A DNA stretch of 64,000 bases from Anaerolineae bacterium. Its GTDB lineage: Bacteria > Chloroflexota > Anaerolineae > SpSt-600. Within the stretch, counting starts at the first letter, position 1; every line of letters starts with the position of its first letter. Shown here piece after piece: positions 56,934 to 64,000 of the stretch. The notes below the pieces were generated by a model, which saw only the letters and a list, made by a program, of their open reading frames with translations, was not told the origin of the DNA and ran no database searches. The DNA lies in assembly GCA_042408195.1 (NCBI GenBank), contig JBHOQL010000107.1:31976-95975 (forward strand), given 5' to 3'. The position numbers and the translations under genes are program-made.

Positions 56934-57763
56934 AGCTCACACCCCTCGAGGGCTGCCTCTGCTACTTCCCGAACATCAGGGTCAGGGTCCGCACAAAGTT
57001 TGGAAAGAACCCTTTTGGCCTCTTCCCCGCCGATGAGGCCAAGGGACCATATGGCTTCCATGCGGATGTCCTTGTTCTCTTCGGAAAGGGCAACTTCAAT
57101 GAGATTAGGTACAGCTTCTGCCACTGAAGCTTCTCCTGCGGCTTTGATAGCCTCGTAGCGGATATCGTAGATATTGCTTTTGAGTTCTTTTAGGATTATG
57201 GGCCCCCACCTATGATGGCCGTTTCTGCCCATGGCGAAGAGAGCGCTTACCTTCATCCCCACATCGGGGTAATTGTAGGCTTCTTCAATTATCTCAACCA
57301 CTTCCGGATCCGTGAGGAAGCCAAGAGCTTCTACGGCACATCGCCTCGACTCCAGAGGTAGATCATCGTTGCGGAAAACACTTATGAGGAAATTCTTCAC
57401 CCTAAGGAAATCCTCAAGGGGGAGTTCCGGCCCGAGGATATCAGCCAGGGGGTCAGAAGAGAAAAACTCATACTCGTTTATTGAGCCCTCATATATGTAT
57501 CGTCCCAGTGTTTTGATGGCCTGGGAGCGGACTTCTTGAGCCGGGTCGTTTACAGCGAGGTCGAAGAGTTTATCAATAAAACGGACCTCCGGGTAATTCC
57601 AAATAGCCATGGCAGCCCCTGCCCTGACATCCGGGTCTTCATCTTCCAACAATACTTCCAAAACTTTTACATGCTCTTCATTGTATTCATCGCTTTCAGA
57701 GATGTTGTCCAGCAGCCTCAGTTTATCCCTCTTGCTCCATTGCTTTACTTTTTCCACCTTCAT
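56885..57763 (-). CDS. HEAT-repeat (PBS-lyase-like) protein
   Basis: Repeated DPDVR/AAxALG motifs (…DEDPDVRAGAAMAIWNY…, …DPDPDVREVAEAAL…). Confidence 0.7.
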   Translation of the reverse strand: MKVEKVKQWSKRDKLRLLDNISESDEYNEEHVKVLEVLLEDEDPDVRAGAAMAIWNYPEVRFIDKLFDLAVNDPAQEVRSQAIKTLGRYIYEGSINEYEFFSSDPLADILGPELPLEDFLRVKNFLISVFRNDDLPLESRRCAVEALGFLTDPEVVEIIEEAYNYPDVGMKVSALFAMGRNGHHRWGPIILKELKSNIYDIRYEAIKAAGEASVAEAVPNLIEVALSEENKDIRMEAIWSLGLIGGEEAKRVLSKLCADPDPDVREVAEAALEGCELYEEPEDWLEEFEEEE

Positions 57764-58874
57764 CTTCTCCCCTCTCTTTTGCGATCTTCCGGAGACGGAC
57801 TTTCCCTATTCGCCTTCCCACTAAAGATAGGACTTCAAAATCGAAGCCTTCTAGTTGAAAATGGGCGCCTCTTTCAGGTATCTTTCCAAATTTACTATAC
57901 ACCAAGCCTCCCACAGTGTCAATACCTTCCAGATCCAGTTCTTTTCCTATTATCTCTTCCAGATCCTCGAGGCTGAGCCTACCATCCAGAATGTATTCTC
58001 CTTCCCCGCTCTCTCGCAGGAGGGGTTCTTCTCGGTCATATTCGTCTTGGATCTCTCCCAGGATTTCCTCTAACAGGTCCTCCAGGGTGATTATCCCAGC
58101 CGTGCCTCCGTATTCGTCCACCACTATGGCCATGTGGATCCTCTGGCGCTGCATCTCCTTCAGAAGTTCGGCAGCGTTCTTGGTTTCAGGGACAAAATAC
58201 GGGGGACGGAGAATGCTCTTCACTTCTTCAGTCCACTTTCCTTCCCACGCTTTCTGGAGAAGGTCCTTCACGTGGATTATCCCGACTATGTTATCTATAG
58301 TCTCTTCGTAGGCAGGAAGACGGGAATGCCCGCTTTCGTTGGCAATTTTCACAGCTTCTGAAACAGTGGCCTCCGCCTTGACGGCCACCAGATCTATCCT
58401 TGGCACCATTATCTCCCGCACGATGGTTTCCTCAAGGTCCAGAGCCCCTTCCACGATCTTGCGCCTCTCCCCTTCCAGCACGCATATAATTTCGCCGGAT
58501 TTTTCATCACTAAAGGAAATCTCGCGAGCCTTTTTGTAGAAAAAGGCAAACGGAGCGAAGAGCAGAGCGACAAACTCAGCAAACCCCTCAAGGAAATTAA
58601 TGCGGCTGCCCACCTTTTCACCGAGACCATGGAGCAGCATAGCGGAAAAACTGTTAATTGCAAGCATTAAAAGAACAGTTAATCCCAAAGGGAAAAAGGG
58701 TTCCAGGAGCTTGAACAAGCTTGCCCCAGCCATCAGGAGGGAAGCACCGGCCAGAAAGTCAAAAGAATATTGTCTTTTTTCCTCGGGTTTATGTCTTTTC
58801 AACCACAGGTTCTTTAAGGCAAAACTTGCCCAGAAACCAACCAGACTTGCAAGCCAGAGCCCCGCATAAATCAT
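57723..58874 (-). CDS. corC: CNNM/CorC-HlyC-family transporter (DUF21 TM domain + CBS pair + CorC_HlyC domain)
   Basis: N-terminal 4-TM DUF21, CBS pair (IMVPRIDLVAV… / IVGIIHVKDLL), and a C-terminal transporter-associated domain. Confidence 0.8.
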   Translation of the reverse strand: MIYAGLWLASLVGFWASFALKNLWLKRHKPEEKRQYSFDFLAGASLLMAGASLFKLLEPFFPLGLTVLLMLAINSFSAMLLHGLGEKVGSRINFLEGFAEFVALLFAPFAFFYKKAREISFSDEKSGEIICVLEGERRKIVEGALDLEETIVREIMVPRIDLVAVKAEATVSEAVKIANESGHSRLPAYEETIDNIVGIIHVKDLLQKAWEGKWTEEVKSILRPPYFVPETKNAAELLKEMQRQRIHMAIVVDEYGGTAGIITLEDLLEEILGEIQDEYDREEPLLRESGEGEYILDGRLSLEDLEEIIGKELDLEGIDTVGGLVYSKFGKIPERGAHFQLEGFDFEVLSLVGRRIGKVRLRKIAKERGEDEGGKSKAMEQEG

Positions 58875-60208
58875 TTTTTCTCCTTAGCTGGGACCCCATA
58901 AACTAATGCTCCGGGAGGGACATCTCTCGTAACTACCGAGCCAGCTCCAGTCCTGGCTTTCTTACCCACTTTGACCGGTGCCACCAACATGGTATCGCTT
59001 CCAATGAAGGCCTCATCCTCTATGATAGTCGGATGCTTTGTGTAACCATCAAAATTGCAAGTTATGGTTCCTGCTCCTATGTTTACTTTGGCTCCCACCG
59101 TGGCATCACCCAGGTAACTGAAGTGATTTACCTTGGTACCGGGGCCCAGGTAACTTTTCTTGATTTCGGCAAAGTTTCCGATGTGGACTCCACGGGCGAG
59201 GTGGGTTCCAGGCCGGAGGTGGGAGAAAGGGCCAACTCTGACTTCTTCCTCTAATACGGCTCCTTCAACCACCGAAGCCTCTATAATGCAGGCATTCCCT
59301 ATTTTGGAATCCCTGATGATAGTTCCAGGCCCTATCACACACCCTTCCCCGATCTGTGTTTTGCCTAGAACGAAAGAGTTGGGGTAGATAACCGTGTCCA
59401 TGCCTATCTCTACTCCCGCTTCCACATAAGTGGCTTCGGGGTTCACAATAGTAACCCCGTTTTCCATCCAGTAACGGTTTATCCTTTGGCGCATGATGGC
59501 CTCAGCCATAGCCAGGTGGACTCTAGTGTTCACTCCAAGGGCTTCTTCAGGGTCCTTAAGGGCGACCGTATGCACAGGGGAATTTTCCTCAATGGCGATA
59601 GCGACAAGGTCCGTCAGGTAATATTCACCATTGGGGTGAGGTTTGAGCAAGGGCAGGTGAACTTTCAGCCACTCAGTCTGGAAGCAATAAACCCCTACGT
59701 TAAGTTCCGTCAAAGTTTTCTCCTGGGGAGTAGCTTCTGCTTCCTCTACTATCTTTACCACATTACCATTCTCATCCCGGACCACTCTTCCAAAGCCCAT
59801 GGATTCGGAAGAATGGACGGTTAAGAAAGTCACCGGTGGCTTCCTCTCAAAGTGAGCCTTGATCAATTCTTCTACGGTCTCTTTCCTCAACAAGGGCATA
59901 TCGCCATAGAGGACAAGGGTCGTTTGAGGCCAGGAAGGCACAGCTTCCAGAGCTTTGAGGACAGCGTGGCCTGTGCCCAGAAGCTCCCCCTGGTGGACCG
60001 TTATGGCTCTTTCACCTATTAATTTGGCTACTTCTTCTCCCCCGTAGCCTATCACGACCACAGGCTTGTAAGCAGTTAAGGCAATGGCTGTTTCCAAAAC
60101 GTATTCCAGCAGGGGCTTGCCGCAGAGGGGATGTAAGACTTTCGGGAGCTTTGATTTCATTCTCTTGCCGAGCCCTGCAGCTAAAATTACGACTTTAAGT
60201 TCTTCCAT
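58871..60208 (-). CDS. glmU: bifunctional UDP-GlcNAc pyrophosphorylase / GlcN-1-P N-acetyltransferase
   Basis: N-terminal nucleotidyltransferase (VVILAAGLGKRMKS…) and C-terminal left-handed beta-helix hexapeptide repeats; 445 aa. Confidence 0.9.
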   Translation of the reverse strand: MEELKVVILAAGLGKRMKSKLPKVLHPLCGKPLLEYVLETAIALTAYKPVVVIGYGGEEVAKLIGERAITVHQGELLGTGHAVLKALEAVPSWPQTTLVLYGDMPLLRKETVEELIKAHFERKPPVTFLTVHSSESMGFGRVVRDENGNVVKIVEEAEATPQEKTLTELNVGVYCFQTEWLKVHLPLLKPHPNGEYYLTDLVAIAIEENSPVHTVALKDPEEALGVNTRVHLAMAEAIMRQRINRYWMENGVTIVNPEATYVEAGVEIGMDTVIYPNSFVLGKTQIGEGCVIGPGTIIRDSKIGNACIIEASVVEGAVLEEEVRVGPFSHLRPGTHLARGVHIGNFAEIKKSYLGPGTKVNHFSYLGDATVGAKVNIGAGTITCNFDGYTKHPTIIEDEAFIGSDTMLVAPVKVGKKARTGAGSVVTRDVPPGALVYGVPAKEKK

Positions 60209-60507
60209 CCCTTACTCCCGGGGTAAAATTTACAATTCTTTACCGATAATTTTAGCACAGCGCCCTACACCGGGGCAAGCTTCAAAAGGGTGAACACTCA
60301 GAGGTACACGAGGAAAATTTGGTTAAGGCAAGTTGCTGTCTTCTATAGCTCGCCCATAGGTGGTGGAAACGTAGAGGGCGTCTCTTCACCCGCAAGCGGG
60401 ATCCTCAAGGCGGTAAACTAAAGACCCGAGAGGCAAGCAAAGCTGAGGGCTAGGAAGGCCTTTTCCTCCTTGGGGGTATCCCCGCAGGAAGAAAGAATGA
60501 GGGCACA

Positions 60508-60574
60508 GGGCAAACTCCTGCCCTTGCCCGCGAAGGGGACCGGAGCTGGAATGGCTCCAGGGTCAACGGGTTAG
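60508..60574. repeat. copy 2 of the conserved two-block structured motif (block A 60508-60540; hairpin GGAGC-UGGAAUG-GCUCC; block B 60566-60574)
   Basis: Block A matches copy 1 at 29 of 33 positions, including GGRCAAAYUCCUGCC, UUGCCCGCG and GGGAC. Block B (ACGGGUUAG) also matches. The intervening hairpin differs in sequence from copy 1 but is still a hairpin. It lies in the 368-nt ridA-glmU spacer. Confidence 0.4.
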
Positions 60575-60576
60575 GG

Positions 60577-60957
60577 TTAATTTTGCAGTAGTGCTATAGC
60601 GTCTATTTCTACCAGAGCTCCCCTTGGGAGAGCCGCCACCTGCACAGTGGTCCTGGCCGGAGGAGATTGGGGGAAAAATTCAGCATAAACAGCGTTCATG
60701 GCCTGAAAATCATTGAGGTCCTGGAGGAAAACCCCTACTCTTACAACATCATCCAAAGAGGCCCCTGCTGCCTCCAGGATAGCCTTGAGATTCAACAGAG
60801 CCTGTCTGGTCTGAGCTTCAATCCCTTCCTCAAGTTGTCCGGTAGCAGGATTGATGCCAATCTGCCCAGCTACGAAAAGGAAATTCCCAGCTTTTACTGC
60901 CTGAGAGTAAGGCCCTATGGCTGGAGGAGCCTTTTCAGTGCTTATCACTTCCCTCAT
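60577..60957 (-). CDS. ridA: RidA/YjgF-family reactive-intermediate deaminase
   Basis: [42 protein letters not shown]… is the canonical RidA N-terminus. Confidence 0.85.
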   Translation of the reverse strand: MREVISTEKAPPAIGPYSQAVKAGNFLFVAGQIGINPATGQLEEGIEAQTRQALLNLKAILEAAGASLDDVVRVGVFLQDLNDFQAMNAVYAEFFPQSPPARTTVQVAALPRGALVEIDAIALLQN

Positions 60958-61134
60958 CTTCCCCCCTTTTCAGCAGGGATTTTTTACGGGCGGAATGCGA
61001 CGCAGAGTTGCTATTTGCTGTTTTTATCCCGGTTTTATAAATTCATTACAAAGGTGCGGGAGGAGACAAAGTGGAAAAATCGCCTTAATGCTCAAGGGCA
61101 TTTGGGATATTTGGGATAAATTTGGGATATCGGA

Positions 61135-61644
61135 CTAAACATAGAGGTATTTCTTCCAGACTTCGTGGCAGCGGACTTCCCCCAGAAGGACAAAGACTAT
61201 ATAGCGAGGACGGGAAGGTTTGGAGATGAGGCGAAGGCCAGCCTCTTCGGGGGTCCGAGAGCCTTTGCGGTGATTGCAACTCTTGCACGCAGTCACCACG
61301 TTTTCCCACTCTGTCTTACCACCTCTATGGCGGGGGATCACGTGGTCCAAAGTTAATTCGCTCTTCGGCAACTGTCTTCCGCAGTACTGGCAGGTATAAT
61401 GGTCTCGAGCGAAGACGGTCTTGCGTGTAAGGGGGACGTTCACGAACCTCGGAACTCTCACGTAAGCCACAAGCCTGATGACCGATGGAACTGGTAAGCA
61501 CAGTTTTTCGGAGCGCAAATAGGCATCAGTAGCTTCCACGATCTCGGCCTTCTCTTTAAGGACCAACACGATAGCCCTTTTAACCGAGACCACACTCAGG
61601 GGTTCATATGTAGAGTTAAGGACCAGTACTGAGCCTTCCAACAT
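61135..61644 (-). CDS. HNH endonuclease family protein
   Basis: HNH motif (CQYCGRQLPKSELTLDHVIPRHRGGKTEWENVVTACKSCNHRKG). Confidence 0.75.
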   Translation of the reverse strand: MLEGSVLVLNSTYEPLSVVSVKRAIVLVLKEKAEIVEATDAYLRSEKLCLPVPSVIRLVAYVRVPRFVNVPLTRKTVFARDHYTCQYCGRQLPKSELTLDHVIPRHRGGKTEWENVVTACKSCNHRKGSRTPEEAGLRLISKPSRPRYIVFVLLGEVRCHEVWKKYLYV

Positions 61645-61716
61645 TTTCGCTTCCCCCTCCCAGCTTTCAGGGAAGCCTTAAAAACAAAGCCCCTTTGGGG
61701 GGCTCTGTTTTTAAGG

Positions 61717-61788
61717 TGGGCGAGGAGGGTTTCGAACCCCCGACCTCGCGGATGTGAGCCGCGCGCTCTACCGCTGAGCTACTCGCCC
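61717..61788 (-). tRNA. tRNA-Val (anticodon CAC)
   Basis: The reverse complement folds as a cloverleaf: acceptor GGGCGAG/CUCGCCC, D-arm GCUC-AGCGGUAGA-GAGC, anticodon stem CGCGG/CCGCG with loop CUCACAU (anticodon CAC), T-arm GGGGG-UUCGAAA-CCCUC, discriminator A; CC is encoded after it. Confidence 0.85.
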
Positions 61789-62231
61789 CTTTTGATTTTA
61801 TTATATGGCAAATTCAGGGACTTGTCAAAATTTGTGAAAGCTTGCCTTCGAAAAACAGGCCCCGCTCACAAAGCTTGGCCCAATTTAACAATCTCAAGCC
61901 AGACCAGGGACCGGCTTTCGCTGGCCTTTTGAAGAAGTAACGGGATGTGCTTCAGAAAAGACGAAACAGGTAGTTAATTGCTATCCATGCAATTTGTCCG
62001 CGAACACAGCCATGAGCCAAGCAAATCCAAACCTGGAGGGGTAAGTAGAAAGGGCATAGAGCAATTTCCTGCATCTGCCTACAAGTGGGACCTACAGCCG
62101 AAACAAACCCGGAGCTCACAAGGGGAAGCGAACGCAGGATGAGTTTTCAGAATTGCCAATTTGAGGAGGCGCTGGAAGCTTCCAAGCACAGATCCAAAAC
62201 CGGCGGTATGTTAACTGTACCTCCAGAAAAA

Positions 62232-62259
62232 TTGCAAACCCCTGAGCACGGAGTATAAT
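62232..62259 (+). promoter_or_regulatory. sigma70-type promoter (TTGCAA-16 nt-TATAAT) for the downstream YfhO-family gene
   Basis: -35 TTGCAA at 62232-62237 and -10 TATAAT at 62254-62259 with a 16-nt spacer. Followed by the leader hairpin CUUGAG-agaacucccuggagg-CUCAAG that encloses the SD. Confidence 0.5.
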
Positions 62260-62288
62260 AGCTTGAGAGAACTCCCTGGAGGCTCAAG

Positions 62289-64000
62289 TTGAGCAAGAAA
62301 GCGAACCTATTGGCCTTCCTTTTCCTCCTCTGCACAGTGCTGCTCTTAGCCCACCGTATCCTTTTCACCAACCGCATTTTGGTTGGCCTTGACCTTTTCA
62401 CTTATTTTTACCCCTATTGGCACCTTGCAACTGAAGCCTTGAAAAGAGGCCAAATCCCTTTGTGGAACCCCTACCTCTTCATGGGCAGTCCGCTTCTGGC
62501 TAACATCCAGCTCTCCTTTTTCTACGGGATCAACTGGCCTCTTATAGTCTGGTTTTCCCCTCCGCAAGCTGTAAAGTTTTCCATAGTCCTCCACCTCTTC
62601 TTGGCGGGTCTTTCTACCTGGCTTCTAGCCAGGAAGAAACTCGGACTTTCCCCGGCCGCCTCTCTGCTTTCAGCCACGGGATTCTCTGCAGGGGGATTCC
62701 TTGTGGCCCAGGCTGAGCATGTAAACCAACTGGCGGTGATTACTTGGCTGCCCCTTTTCATTTTCTTAGTAAACTACAGCCCTTTAGCTGCAGCTTTTAT
62801 CTTCTGTCTTATGGTTTTCGCTGGTCACCTGCAAGCTTTGTACATAAGCCTTGCCGCCGCAAGCCTTTATCTCCTCTTCTCCAGTTTTTCTGATAGAGGT
62901 AGAAGCCTACTTAAACTGCTTATCGCCTGTGGGGCCGGACTTGGTCTATCAGCTATCCAGCTCATCCCTACACTGGAACTGGCAGGCCTCTCCATCCGCA
63001 GTCAGGGTCTATCGTTTCAGGATGCAACCGCTTTTTCCCTGAGGCCTTTTCTCCTTGCCTATTCTCTGCTGCCTCCCATAGGCATAAAGCTTGAAGTCTT
63101 TTTCGGAAGCAGAGCCTTCACCGAATATGTAGCCTACGAGGGGGTTATATGCTTGCTTCTGGCCATCGCTGGCCTGATTTCTCCTGAGAAGAAAAAGTGG
63201 CCTTGGGCGGCGATGGTCTTAGTGGGTTTGTTTCTGGCTTTCGGGCGAGCCAATCCCTTCTACCGTTTCCTGTATGAATTTGTCCCGGGTTTTTCTTCCT
63301 TCCGGGCTCCTGCACGTTGGATGTTGCTCTACGCTCTGGGGCTACCGGTGCTTGCGGGAATAGGCCTGGATCACCTGCGCTTTCTTTCTCTGAAGATTTA
63401 CTTACCATTGCTGGGGGCGGCATCCATCATCCTTGTCCCCTCTTTTATCGTTTCACCGCCGCCTCTCACGACATTAATGGCCTGGCTGGTCGCAGGCTTA
63501 CTGGGGTTAATTTTAATCCTCGGGGTGCGGATGAAAGGCTTTCCCACCTGGCCCGCTGCCTTTATTCTGATCGCTGAATTGATCCTGGCTTCAGGCAGCA
63601 TGCCCCTAAGTAACCCAACTGCTCCTCAGGCTTTCTCCAGCTGGCGGACCGCCCCTCTTCACCTAGCCCTCGTCCAAGAAAAGGGGGAAATCTTCCGCTT
63701 TCTCTCCTTTTCCTCCCTTGTCTTCGACCCGGGCGATCTTGGGGAAATGCGCTCCGCTTACCTTGAACCGTTGGGGGAGGAAGCTTTTTACGATTTAGTC
63801 GTCGCTGTAAAGCAGAAGGAAGTATTAGCTCCTAACCTCCCCGCTCTTTACGGCTTCCATACCGTTGACGGCTATGACGGAGGGCTATTACCCCTGAGAG
63901 ATTTCGTGAAAGTAACGGGGCCCATGCATTATGCCGGCCGGAAGGCCATGGACGGTAGGCTCTATCAGTTCATCCATGCGCCGCCCCCTGATCCATTGCT
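62289..64000 (+). CDS. YfhO-family polytopic membrane protein (GT-C-like glycosyltransferase), 3'-truncated at window end; absent from the supplied ORF track because it has no stop inside the window
   Basis: Open frame from TTG 62289 (RBS ggagg 6 nt upstream) to the window end. The translation …LDLFTYFYPYWHLATEALKRGQIPLWNPYLFMGSPLLANIQLSFFYG… is the YfhO family signature, followed by many hydrophobic helices. Confidence 0.7.
   Translation, partial: MSKKANLLAFLFLLCTVLLLAHRILFTNRILVGLDLFTYFYPYWHLATEALKRGQIPLWNPYLFMGSPLLANIQLSFFYGINWPLIVWFSPPQAVKFSIVLHLFLAGLSTWLLARKKLGLSPAASLLSATGFSAGGFLVAQAEHVNQLAVITWLPLFIFLVNYSPLAAAFIFCLMVFAGHLQALYISLAAASLYLLFSSFSDRGRSLLKLLIACGAGLGLSAIQLIPTLELAGLSIRSQGLSFQDATAFSLRPFLLAYSLLPPIGIKLEVFFGSRAFTEYVAYEGVICLLLAIAGLISPEKKKWPWAAMVLVGLFLAFGRANPFYRFLYEFVPGFSSFRAPARWMLLYALGLPVLAGIGLDHLRFLSLKIYLPLLGAASIILVPSFIVSPPPLTTLMAWLVAGLLGLILILGVRMKGFPTWPAAFILIAELILASGSMPLSNPTAPQAFSSWRTAPLHLALVQEKGEIFRFLSFSSLVFDPGDLGEMRSAYLEPLGEEAFYDLVVAVKQKEVLAPNLPALYGFHTVDGYDGGLLPLRDFVKVTGPMHYAGRKAMDGRLYQFIHAPPPDPL

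Overview
This 64-kb window looks like chromosomal DNA from a GC-rich (about 55 %) anaerobic bacterium with acetogen-like metabolism, probably a thermophile. Coding density is high and there are no CRISPR arrays, rRNA genes or obvious transposons.

Gene content, in order along the window:
- 1-3140 (+): five small uncharacterised genes (an ASKHA-fold ATPase fragment, a protein with a KOW-like tail, a Thr/Pro-repeat membrane protein, a tandem-duplicated Cys-containing protein, and a MoaD/ThiS-like β-grasp protein lacking the terminal Gly-Gly).
- 3141-3659: a 520-nt structured non-coding region directly upstream of moaA.
- 3660-14671 (+): moaA, an XdhC-like Mo/W cofactor chaperone, patatin, a 1363-aa polytopic GT-C-like membrane protein, pncC (CinA), a RACo-like 2Fe-2S/ASKHA protein, and a tungsten-type aldehyde:ferredoxin oxidoreductase.
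- 15080-17877 (+): a GPH-family MFS transporter and a group-II PLP-dependent decarboxylase/lyase.
- 17944-21073 (-): an ECF transporter module (fused A-A, S, T) whose S gene carries an in-frame TAA stop.
- 21993-40674 (-): a Wood-Ljungdahl block: acsB, an inserted nucleotidyltransferase, acsA/cooS, a His-substituted HMA-like protein, fhs, bioY, folD, fchA, a fused hdrCB-like gene, metF, metV, mvhD, a 1475-aa tandem HdrA fusion with a GltD/NfnB-like insert, and a second mvhD.
- 40739-48629 (-): mreB directly abutting a complete F1Fo ATP synthase operon (atpZ-I-B-E-F-H-A-G-D-C).
- 49171-52381 (+): an ANTAR response regulator, nadE, a PHP phosphoesterase, a sortase and a CheY-like receiver.
- 52417-60208: a small basic protein, a cell-envelope gene group (UPF0104 flippase-like, GT2, DUF58, ROK glucokinase), a HEAT-repeat protein, CorC and glmU.
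- 60577-64000: ridA, an HNH endonuclease, tRNA-Val(CAC), and a 5'-partial YfhO-family membrane protein that runs off the window end and is missing from the ORF track.

The most unusual items are:
- the two-block structured motif found in both the moaA leader and the ridA/glmU spacer;
- the nonsense-interrupted ECF S component;
- the His-for-Cys HMA-like gene beside the Ni-CODH;
- the giant HdrA fusion;
- the uncharacterised five-gene set ahead of moaA.
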